Shown: positions 10,541 to 18,425 of the stretch, in pieces | Layout of the letters: the number at the start of each line of letters is the position of its first letter | Numbering within the stretch: the first letter of the stretch is position 1 | The notes under the pieces: model-generated | What the model was told of the DNA's origin: nothing | Seen by the model: the letters and a program-made list of their open reading frames with translations, nothing else | Databases searched by the model: none | Assembly (NCBI GenBank): GCA_016206505.1 | Contig: JACQRJ010000027.1 | Location: 1 to 63,716, forward strand | Reading direction: 5' to 3' | Length of the DNA: 63,716 bases | Source: Candidatus Peregrinibacteria bacterium | GTDB taxonomy: Bacteria > Patescibacteriota > Gracilibacteria > UBA1369 > LOWO2-01-FULL-3 | Position numbers and translations under genes: made by a program

Positions 10541-10679
10541 GCGAAGCGAATGTCCCTGCCGCTAACTTTATCACCACTACCACGCCGATGGCTTTAGCGA
10601 GCAGTTTTTTTAGAAATTTGCGCTTGACCAGAGCCTCTAAGCTCATTAAGCTCCAAAACCTATCTTTAAATCCAAATTT

Positions 10680-11852
10680 ATGGCAACAGAACAGGCAAAC
10701 CCTCGTGAAGGCATGGAAGAACGATTCCCCGGTCGCAGACAAGGACTTTATACCAGAGAACAGCAGCTCGGATTTATTGTAAGAGATCGTTTGCATGAAG
10801 TAAGGCCTGCCGACTTATGTTATCCTCAGAACAAATTCGCCGAAGATGGAAAAGATGGCAAGACTGTAAACACTACTGGAGCTGCCTTAAGAGCTGATAT
10901 AACCAGATTTTTTGACCGTTTGGAAGGAAAAGTTGATGCCACCAAACTTGAATTAATAAGGCAAAGTTTTGAGACAAGTGTCGCGATATGGGAAGAAGCC
11001 GGACTTTTCTCGGAAGCAAGAACGAAACGCGGTTATCGCAAGCCAAATTTTGAAGAAGACTACAGAGCTCTATTCGGAATGGAAGATACTGACATGATGG
11101 CCGCAGGTAAAGGACTCGATAGAGGTTACGGTCGAGCCGTTTGGGCTCCTGAAGACGTACCTGTGGCATCGAAAGATCCTAAAACTTTGACATATCTGAA
11201 ATTGGCAAAGGGGACTCTTTTGGAAGCATATCATGGCACAGCGGGCGGCAAGGCCCCAAACACTCTATTGGTCGGGCCGAATAAAAAAGTTTTAACCGCA
11301 GATCAGATCGACTTGAGCAAAATTCTCTGGCAATGGGAACGCTATAAAAAGTCGGGCATTGTGTATAACCCAAGAGAACTTGATCCGAGAACACACGGCG
11401 GCCAAACGGAAGAAGAAATGCTTGCCGCATTGCAAGGTACTGAAAAGACAACGGGCGGAGTACTACGCATGGAACGTGATCAGCTCATTATGCCCAAAGA
11501 TGTGGGACAAACTCAAATGAGTGACACAGATTGGCACGCCGCTATAAAAGAAGGAAAACTTCCAAAAGGAGTTAGGGCACAAGACGCTAAGCAAGCCCTT
11601 GCTTACATAATCCATTGTTTGAAAACAGAAGGTTGGATTCCAGATTATTATGATCATGAAACTCCTGCAAATTCAAGAATAGCCTTGGCACCGGAAACAT
11701 ACATTCCGGACGAATCAGATGTCGGCGCGGTTCCTGCGTTCCACTGGCCTACCCGCTATGGGCGGTTCTACGCGGGCGGGTACCGTGCAGATCGTCGGCG
11801 CAGTGACTATGGCGTGCGCGGCGGGGTGAGAAAAAACAATGAGGCTGCTTAG
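10680..11852 (+). CDS. Orphan protein carrying a DGR-like variable region at its C-terminus (candidate DGR target)
   Basis: 390-aa ORF that is Arg-rich, unlike its Lys-rich neighbours. The 3' end is locally GC-rich: 42 of 60 nt are G/C in 11761-11820 by hand count. The last ~25 codons align to a downstream template-like copy. Confidence 0.6.
   Translation: MATEQANPREGMEERFPGRRQGLYTREQQLGFIVRDRLHEVRPADLCYPQNKFAEDGKDGKTVNTTGAALRADITRFFDRLEGKVDATKLELIRQSFETSVAIWEEAGLFSEARTKRGYRKPNFEEDYRALFGMEDTDMMAAGKGLDRGYGRAVWAPEDVPVASKDPKTLTYLKLAKGTLLEAYHGTAGGKAPNTLLVGPNKKVLTADQIDLSKILWQWERYKKSGIVYNPRELDPRTHGGQTEEEMLAALQGTEKTTGGVLRMERDQLIMPKDVGQTQMSDTDWHAAIKEGKLPKGVRAQDAKQALAYIIHCLKTEGWIPDYYDHETPANSRIALAPETYIPDESDVGAVPAFHWPTRYGRFYAGGYRADRRRSDYGVRGGVRKNNEAA
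11757..11830 (+). other. Candidate DGR variable repeat (VR)
   Basis: Ungapped 74-nt alignment to 11949-12022. 21 mismatches, 17 of them where the partner has A. Ends with the A-free block GGCGTGCGCGGCGGG. Confidence 0.6.
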
Positions 11853-11948
11853 TCTTTGGACTTTAGTTCTTCTTTATTTTTTTTCTTTATCTTTTATGCA
11901 AAAAGTTTAATACTAAAACAACGGTGAATAGCAACTCGATGTCTCTTT

Positions 11949-12022
11949 TATAGACAATTCAACGCGGACAGGAACAATGCAGACAATCGGAACACGAACA
12001 GTGGCGTGCGCGGCGGGATGAG
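11949..12022 (+). repeat. Candidate DGR template repeat (TR)
   Basis: The intergenic copy of the VR is rich in AAY codons in the VR frame (YRQFNADRNNADNRNTNSGVRGGM). 25 A residues, 17 of them substituted in the VR. Confidence 0.6.
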
Positions 12023-12025
12023 GAA

Positions 12026-12250
12026 TTATGTGCTTTGTGTTGCCCTGAGCCAGCCACCAAGCATTCTACCGATCTCCGCTAATTTTGTTTGTGTTTGAAA
12101 AATCTTGGTTTCGTTTACCAATCTCAATTCCAGAAATAGGCGCAGTTTTATTGTAGTTATTTCAAGTTGGCTGCTCGCTTTAATTAAATATGAGGCCTTC
12201 AGAGTTTTTGGTGCATTTTTGGCCATGATTAGATCTTCCATGCATGACAT
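12026..12250 (-). pseudogene. avd: Truncated Avd / four-helix-bundle (23S rRNA IVS protein family) gene
   Basis: 74 aa. The C-terminus TKLAEIGRMLGGWLRA resembles the last helix of Avd/four-helix-bundle proteins, which are normally ~115-130 aa. An in-frame stop lies 5 codons upstream of the ATG. The stop codon abuts the TR end. Confidence 0.55.
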
Positions 12251-12424
12251 GATGGAGGTTCCCTAAAGCTAAGTTAATAAAAAAATTTGACTGGCTGATT
12301 TATGAAAAGTTTTTTTGAAATAAAAAAACGATCTAGTCTAGTAACTTTTGTATGTCACAATGCTTGCGAATTTATTAATCATATAGTATGATTATCTATA
12401 TTAATTAAATTAACTAATTTTACT

Positions 12425-12661
12425 ATGATTTACACTTTGTCTATGTTTAACACCGGTCAAATTACTCTGCCTAAATCTTGGAGAGCCAAATATAAAACCA
12501 CCAAGTTTATTGCTGAAGACACGAAAGATGGATTGCTTATTAAGCCATTGGTTAAGGACGAAACGGTCTATTACGAAGACGAAAAAGGCTTTGGTATTTA
12601 TTGTGAAAGTGGATTGGATATAGAAAAATTTAAACAAGCTATCAAGAAAATGGATGGATAA
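12425..12661 (+). CDS. AbrB/MazE/SpoVT-type antitoxin
   Basis: N-terminal swapped-hairpin-like motif GQITLPKSWRAKY. Overlaps the downstream toxin gene by 8 nt. Confidence 0.7.
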   Translation: MIYTLSMFNTGQITLPKSWRAKYKTTKFIAEDTKDGLLIKPLVKDETVYYEDEKGFGIYCESGLDIEKFKQAIKKMDG

Positions 12662-12893
12662 AATTCAAAAAATATTAAACAAATTGACAAAGAAAAAAAG
12701 ACAGCAGATCTTGGAAATTTGGCGAAAAATAATAAATAACGATCTTGCTGATTTAAAGCCAAAAAAGCTCAAAGGATTCGCTAATTATTATCGCATCCGC
12801 TCTGGTAACATGCGTCTTGTTTACAAGATCGAAAACAGCACAAACATCCTAATAAATATCGATTACCGTAAAGATGCTTATAAGAATCTCTGA
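12654..12893 (+). CDS. RelE/ParE family toxin
   Basis: YRIRSGNMRLVYKIENSTNILINIDYRKDAY matches the RelE/StbE core pattern (YRIRVGDYRIIY...HRKDVY). Confidence 0.75.
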   Translation: MDKIQKILNKLTKKKRQQILEIWRKIINNDLADLKPKKLKGFANYYRIRSGNMRLVYKIENSTNILINIDYRKDAYKNL

Positions 12894-12902
12894 CCTGGCA
12901 GT

Positions 12903-13847
12903 CTAAAAAACCTCGCCCGTGGTGCAAACATGAAAAGCAAAATACGAAGCCGTGACGGCTTCTGCCGAACCTGTTATTGCCTGTTTAAATTCAGTATCGC
13001 AACAATCTCCGGCCGCAAAAACTCCTTCGAGATTTGTTTCAGTTCTGCGATTTATAATAATTTCTTTTTTGTCATTCAGCGCCACTCCAAGCTGCCCCGC
13101 AAGTTCGGTTTGGGCATCATGACCAATTGCCAAAAACACACCCTGCATTTCTACCGTCTGCCCTGAAAATTTTCCTTCTCCGGCCTTAAAACGCACACCT
13201 GTAACATTTTTTCCATCGCCCAAAATTTCCTCAATTTCGCTCTTAAATAAAACTTCAATTTTCGCATTTTTCTTCACTCTCTCACCATTTATCGGCTCAG
13301 CTCTAAGCACATCCCTTCTCACCACGATATAAACTTTGCTCGCGTGCTCGCTCAAAAACAAAGCTTCCTTGGCCGCGCTATCGCCTCCGCCCACAATACA
13401 GACAACTTTCTCCTTAAAAAAAGCACCATCGCATAATGCGCAATAAGAAACCCCGCGATTTTCATATTCTTTTTCGCCGGGAGCATTGAGCTTTCTATGC
13501 TTCGATCCCGTAGCAAATAAGAGGCTCTTGCCAACGTATTCGCCTGAAGTGGTCGTTACCTGATATTGTGGAAAACCTTCTTTATCCGGCAGTTTGGCAA
13601 CTTTCACCGCTCTTTCATTTTTAATTTCAGCACCGGCAGCAATAGCGTGATCGTATAGTTGCGTAGCTAGATCCGGGCCTGAAATAGTTTTTATTCCCGG
13701 CCAGTTTTCCACCAGATGCGTCGTGGTGATAAGACCCCCGGGCATTTCCGCCAAAGTAAGAGTTTTAAGACCGAGTCTTGTCCCATACATTGCAGCAGAA
13801 AGCCCGCTACACCCCCCTCCAATAATTATGAAATCATATTCCTGCAT
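12903..13847 (-). CDS. trxB: Thioredoxin-disulfide reductase
   Basis: FAD motif DFIIIGGGCSGLSAA, redox CALCDG, NADPH motif VGGGDSAAKEA. Confidence 0.9.
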   Translation of the reverse strand: MQEYDFIIIGGGCSGLSAAMYGTRLGLKTLTLAEMPGGLITTTHLVENWPGIKTISGPDLATQLYDHAIAAGAEIKNERAVKVAKLPDKEGFPQYQVTTTSGEYVGKSLLFATGSKHRKLNAPGEKEYENRGVSYCALCDGAFFKEKVVCIVGGGDSAAKEALFLSEHASKVYIVVRRDVLRAEPINGERVKKNAKIEVLFKSEIEEILGDGKNVTGVRFKAGEGKFSGQTVEMQGVFLAIGHDAQTELAGQLGVALNDKKEIIINRRTETNLEGVFAAGDCCDTEFKQAITGSAEAVTASYFAFHVCTTGEVF

Positions 13848-13921
13848 AAATTTCTGGTTAAAAATCTCCGAAAATATAGCACAAAGTATTAAGCAAAAAC
13901 ATCTTCAAAACCCTTTGTAAA

Positions 13922-13948
13922 GAAAAAACCCCCCGCCTTGCGGCGGGA
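13922..13948 (-). terminator. Rho-independent terminator of the 1025-aa surface-protein gene
   Basis: On the minus strand: CCCGCC-GCAA-GGCGGG followed by GGTTTTTT. Confidence 0.6.
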
Positions 13949-14007
13949 GGCCTTTTCCCCTCATTCCTATGAAAAATGTCTAATCGTACTAAAAGTAAAG
14001 TGCCTGG

Positions 14008-17000
14008 TTAGAGCAGACCCGCTTTATCCATTCGATAGAGAAGTAATGCAACTTCTCCACGCTCTACCAGCTGGGACGGTTTGAGATACTGTTTTCCATT
14101 GATCCAGTAAGTATCAAATAAGCTGTATTTGTAAGCCCCCATGGCATATTGGTAATACCATTTGGAAACTTTCACATCGGCATAAACATATGAATTGTAA
14201 TCGTCATCAAAGTCATATCCGCCAAATTCTTCAGCCGCTTCAAGAACGAATTTCAATATCTCCGCACGATTAATGTCATCGCTCATACCGGCTTTGTTTC
14301 CTTTGGCATAGCCATCAAGCATGCCATATTCCTTGGCGGTTTTGACATAGGTCATATACCAGGCATTTGGATTTACGTCTTTAAAGCCCATACTTGAGCC
14401 GCCACCGGATATAAGTGCAACATCATAAGCCTCAAGCACAACTTTCAAAACTTCCGCTCGATTTATAGTGTCATGTCTTTTGAAACTTCCATCATTATAC
14501 CCTGCAAAAATTCCCTGATCCTTGGCCCACTGTATCGCTTTGCAAAGCTCACTATCCTCATCCAAAGAACCTAGATCATAGTATCCTCCGCAGGCATCGC
14601 TGTCATATTTCTTCTTTGGAGCGCTCTTCTTAACTTTTCCACCGAGATTTCCGACTACAAATGTTCCAACCTCCGTATCTTTGTTATTGTAAGTGGTTTC
14701 ACTGGTAAGTCTGTAGTTATACGGACCGTCTGACAAAGTATAATACACATCGTCTTCGACATACCATTTTACAGTATGGCATCCTGATTTATAACTTTCC
14801 TCATTGAGAATTGTAGTCACTTTCTGTCCTGTGGAAGCCACACCCTTGTAGATTTCCAAATCCACATCGGCACTTGCGTCCAGGCAGAAAGAAATTTCCA
14901 TCAGATATTCTTTGTTGTCATCATAAATCACGGGTTCGGTATAATCTCTGGTGATATTTGCAGCTTTATTTGAAGACTTATCACGTTTTACGCCGATATT
15001 TACATATTTCACGTCATTCCCGGCTGTGATTTTAAATCTCCAGTTATCATCATAATCGGCCTCATCACCGTCTGATTCTGTGCCATCCCATGTCGCTGAG
15101 TACCATTTGTTGGCAGCCACATCTACATTTTTTGACAGACTCTTCTCGAAAGATGAACCGTTATAGAGATCGACATCAACTTCTTCACTCTTATCCACTT
15201 TGAAAAGCAAACTCACTTTTTCATCATAATCCGGATCGAATTCTTTTTTGGTTGTGTAAGCTTCAATGTCGGCATCAATGCTTTTGCCACCGCCTGAACC
15301 GCTGTATTTGATTGTAATATTCTTACTTACGCTGTCGCCATCGGCTTTTACGGTTATTTTCCAGATACCGGCATCAACATAATCATTGTATTTATCCTTT
15401 CCGTCCCATTCATAGCTGTAGTTGCCTTTGGAATATGAAGAATATGGATCATCGAGAATCTTCACGCTTTTTTCACCTGATTTACTGGCCGTAATCTCAA
15501 GATCATCAACTGATTTTTTCAATTCGAAATCAATGTCCAGATCCTCATTTTCTGGATTCCATTTTGAACTTGGTGAAAGTTTAAAATTCTTGATCTTTGC
15601 TGAACCGTAAGGGTAATTTGGATCATTATCGGTGTCCACGGTCACAGTAACCGTTTCAGTATCGGATTCACCGTTCATGTAAGAATAGAGATAAAAAGTG
15701 TATTTACCGTCATCAACGATATCGCCGTAATCATCACGTCCGTTCCAGGAAATACTGCGGCTTGATTTGCTGCCGTTATAGTAATCGCTATCGTAATTAT
15801 CAAAAGTTATCACTTTGTTTGAGCCTTGCTTGATATAAGCTGTCAAATAAGCGTTTTCCTTCACTTTAAAAGTGAATTTAGCCTTTTCATTGTCTGTAGG
15901 ATCAAAAGTCTTCGGATAAACGCTCAAATCATAAATCGTAGGAACATCGTTATTACCGCAAATGTAATCGCCATACTTGTTATAACAATCATTGTTGTCG
16001 GTAAGAACCTTCACGTTTATGGATTCTGAATCCGTCTTGTTTCCGCCATCCTGAGCATAAACAACAACCTGATAAGTACCGTCATCAACAATATTGCCGC
16101 TATTATTTCGGCCATTCCAGTAAACATATTGTGTGCCTTTGTTCTTCCAGTCGTAGTCATAGTCTGGGAAACTGCGGATCACATTATTGTTTTTCTTTAT
16201 GTAAACCTGAAGATAAGCGCTTACATTTGTGTCAAAACTGATTGTGGTATTTTCACCATCTTCCGGATCAAAAGTTGCCGGACTTACATTTAGATTTTTG
16301 ATTTGCGGAGTAACTGTTGAATCATTATCGACTGTTACAGTTATCCATTCAATATCCGTACTATAATTGTTTGTCGCTTTTACATAAAAATAATAAGTCC
16401 CATCATTTACCGGATAACCATTGTCATCGCCGCCATACCAATAAACAGAATGAGCGGTCCCGCTGTTGCCATAAGTTGTATCGTCATACCAGGTATAATC
16501 ATACGCTGAAAAATTACGTACATTATTGCTATAGGAATCTACGATATAAGCGTCAATATAAGCATCACCGGCTACTGTGAAGGACAATTTTGTCGCTTCA
16601 TTATTCTCTGAATCAATAGATTTTGGCTTTGCGCTAAGGCCTGAAACTACAGGCGCAGTATTTCTGTCGGAACCACGGCCGCTTTTACCTGTAACAGTTA
16701 CTTTTCCGCTATCATTATCAACCACGGAACCTTGTGATTGGACATAAACTTCGATCGCATAGTCGTTTGATGGAACCGCGTAGCCATAATACTTATAACC
16801 ACCATCCCATTTTATGTCGACAACTCCTTCATTAAACCATTCATAGCCATCAGTGATTTTGTAAATCACTCCATCTCCACGACTTGTTGCATATGCATAA
16901 ACATAAGCGCCATCAAACATATCAAAGTTGATGGCCATTTTTTCGCCATTGCTCGGGTTGAAAGTGTTTGGATAAATTTCCAGACCGGAAATCCATGAGC

Positions 17001-17085
17001 CTCCGGCCAGAGCCGCTACCGGCAGAATGGTTGCTGTTAAAAATATACCGATGAACGCACTGACAACTTTATTCCACATATGCAA
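14008..17085 (-). CDS. Secreted surface (S-layer-like) protein with repeated FlgD-Ig-like modules and three C-terminal SLH domains
   Basis: Signal peptide. At least 7 modules of type FNPxxGE..I.F.......WDG.D..G..V.DG.Y. C-terminal SLH-like repeats (AIQWAKDQGIFAGYNDGSFKRHDTINRAEVLKVVLEA; FKDVNPNAWYMTYVKTAKEYGMLDGY; a third degenerate copy). Confidence 0.85.
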   Translation of the reverse strand: MHMWNKVVSAFIGIFLTATILPVAALAGGSWISGLEIYPNTFNPSNGEKMAINFDMFDGAYVYAYATSRGDGVIYKITDGYEWFNEGVVDIKWDGGYKYYGYAVPSNDYAIEVYVQSQGSVVDNDSGKVTVTGKSGRGSDRNTAPVVSGLSAKPKSIDSENNEATKLSFTVAGDAYIDAYIVDSYSNNVRNFSAYDYTWYDDTTYGNSGTAHSVYWYGGDDNGYPVNDGTYYFYVKATNNYSTDIEWITVTVDNDSTVTPQIKNLNVSPATFDPEDGENTTISFDTNVSAYLQVYIKKNNNVIRSFPDYDYDWKNKGTQYVYWNGRNNSGNIVDDGTYQVVVYAQDGGNKTDSESINVKVLTDNNDCYNKYGDYICGNNDVPTIYDLSVYPKTFDPTDNEKAKFTFKVKENAYLTAYIKQGSNKVITFDNYDSDYYNGSKSSRSISWNGRDDYGDIVDDGKYTFYLYSYMNGESDTETVTVTVDTDNDPNYPYGSAKIKNFKLSPSSKWNPENEDLDIDFELKKSVDDLEITASKSGEKSVKILDDPYSSYSKGNYSYEWDGKDKYNDYVDAGIWKITVKADGDSVSKNITIKYSGSGGGKSIDADIEAYTTKKEFDPDYDEKVSLLFKVDKSEEVDVDLYNGSSFEKSLSKNVDVAANKWYSATWDGTESDGDEADYDDNWRFKITAGNDVKYVNIGVKRDKSSNKAANITRDYTEPVIYDDNKEYLMEISFCLDASADVDLEIYKGVASTGQKVTTILNEESYKSGCHTVKWYVEDDVYYTLSDGPYNYRLTSETTYNNKDTEVGTFVVGNLGGKVKKSAPKKKYDSDACGGYYDLGSLDEDSELCKAIQWAKDQGIFAGYNDGSFKRHDTINRAEVLKVVLEAYDVALISGGGSSMGFKDVNPNAWYMTYVKTAKEYGMLDGYAKGNKAGMSDDINRAEILKFVLEAAEEFGGYDFDDDYNSYVYADVKVSKWYYQYAMGAYKYSLFDTYWINGKQYLKPSQLVERGEVALLLYRMDKAGLL

Positions 17086-17137
17086 AGGGTTAAAATCCTA
17101 AAAAGGATATAAGTTGTATATGAGATTCAAAGTTTTG

Positions 17138-18001
17138 TCAAGAGGTCATTTGACTAATCAGAAAAATAGTCGCTTTATCATGCGTAAGTCTTTCTCCATC
17201 GATATCGATTACGGGCTCTAATAAGTCATTTTTCGGACATAAATTTCCCACAGTAAAAGGAGTTCCATACTTTCCATCAAGAAAATAAAAATCATTTCCA
17301 CCCTCTTCCGGCCGGTCTCCCGCCACCAAAATCTCTTTAAAATTTTTGCTGAATTCAATGCCGCGATTTCCCACTAAATATTTGCCAAATTCCTGAATTC
17401 CCCGATTTTTATCACCTATAGCCGGACAAATAATCACTCCTATTCCGGAATTCCCGATATGAAAAAACCGCTCATAATCCGGCAAAATTTCTGCCATAAA
17501 CTCTTTGCAAACCTCATAAATCTGATCGGAACATCGACTGATAGCCTGAAAATCACCGCTTTCATGCTCATTTGTCCTTATCACCACTACAACACGATGC
17601 TTCCGAAAATAAACCCGTCCAAAATCCTTGATTCTATGATCCAAAGCCTGCATCAGCTCTTCACGCCCGATAATCTCATCCGGCCAATTTACTCTATAAA
17701 ATTCCTCAAATTCATCCAGTGAACTGTTAAATTTATAACCAATGGAGCCATTTTCCGCGATCAAAACCAGATTTTCAAAGAAATGCTCCAATTCGGCTTT
17801 CGGTATCTCCTTGATCAAAGTTTCAAGCCCATGATCCTCAAAAGACTCCAATTGTCTGCCTGTACAAAAGGCAATCGGCATTTTTCTGGTCAATTTCACA
17901 AGTGCATCAGCCATCTCCTGACTCGGTTCATAATTTCCGGGCACAGTCACAGTCCCGTCGAAATCAAACATCGCGGCCTTAAATTTGGAAAAATCGCTCA
18001 T
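17138..18001 (-). CDS. HAD-superfamily (IIB-like) phosphatase
   Basis: Motif I FDFDGTV, motif II CTGR, motif IV GDRPEEGGNDFYF. Confidence 0.7.
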   Translation of the reverse strand: MSDFSKFKAAMFDFDGTVTVPGNYEPSQEMADALVKLTRKMPIAFCTGRQLESFEDHGLETLIKEIPKAELEHFFENLVLIAENGSIGYKFNSSLDEFEEFYRVNWPDEIIGREELMQALDHRIKDFGRVYFRKHRVVVVIRTNEHESGDFQAISRCSDQIYEVCKEFMAEILPDYERFFHIGNSGIGVIICPAIGDKNRGIQEFGKYLVGNRGIEFSKNFKEILVAGDRPEEGGNDFYFLDGKYGTPFTVGNLCPKNDLLEPVIDIDGERLTHDKATIFLISQMTS

Positions 18002-18004
18002 GGA

Positions 18005-18412
18005 TTACTTGTGGTCTCTTTTGATTAGCGTCCAATGAAAAATATACAGAGGCAAAGCCACTATAAACATGGAAATCCATTGAACCAGATCACGTTTTAC
18101 ATCGTTTTTATGCTGATTTTCACGCTTCAATTTAGCCTCTTCCTCACATTCTTTGATCTTTTGATCCTTCTCGGCCTGAGTCAGATTTGGCTCCTTATCA
18201 ACATTTTTTTGTGCCTTATCATCCCATTTCATCAACAAAGTATCTTCATTACATTCCCAAAACTCATCCATTTCTTCCCAGCCTTTTACATCAAAAACGT
18301 ATTCGTTCAAAACAAGCTGCACCAGCCCGATAGTGGAAATAAGCATCACGACTATGGAAATTATCGAGACACCATAAAGATAAATTGAACGTATAATTCC
18401 AGGATTTTTCAT
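18005..18412 (-). CDS. Hypothetical two-TM membrane protein
   Basis: 135-aa ORF with terminal hydrophobic helices and a charged central segment. 3-nt gap to the downstream HAD gene. Confidence 0.5.
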   Translation of the reverse strand: MKNPGIIRSIYLYGVSIISIVVMLISTIGLVQLVLNEYVFDVKGWEEMDEFWECNEDTLLMKWDDKAQKNVDKEPNLTQAEKDQKIKECEEEAKLKRENQHKNDVKRDLVQWISMFIVALPLYIFHWTLIKRDHK

Positions 18413-18425
18413 AAAATTAAAGTTA

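Noticed and set aside
10604-10637. Possible fourth fragment of the structured repeat (TAGCGA + 13 nt + AAATTTGCGCT downstream of pepA); also loosely similar words (GCGAATTGAGC, AGCAGCGAG) at 100-190
   Set aside because: Only ~17 matching nt, split by an insertion, and at 100-190 the words are in a different order. This is too short to distinguish from chance without a genome-wide profile search.
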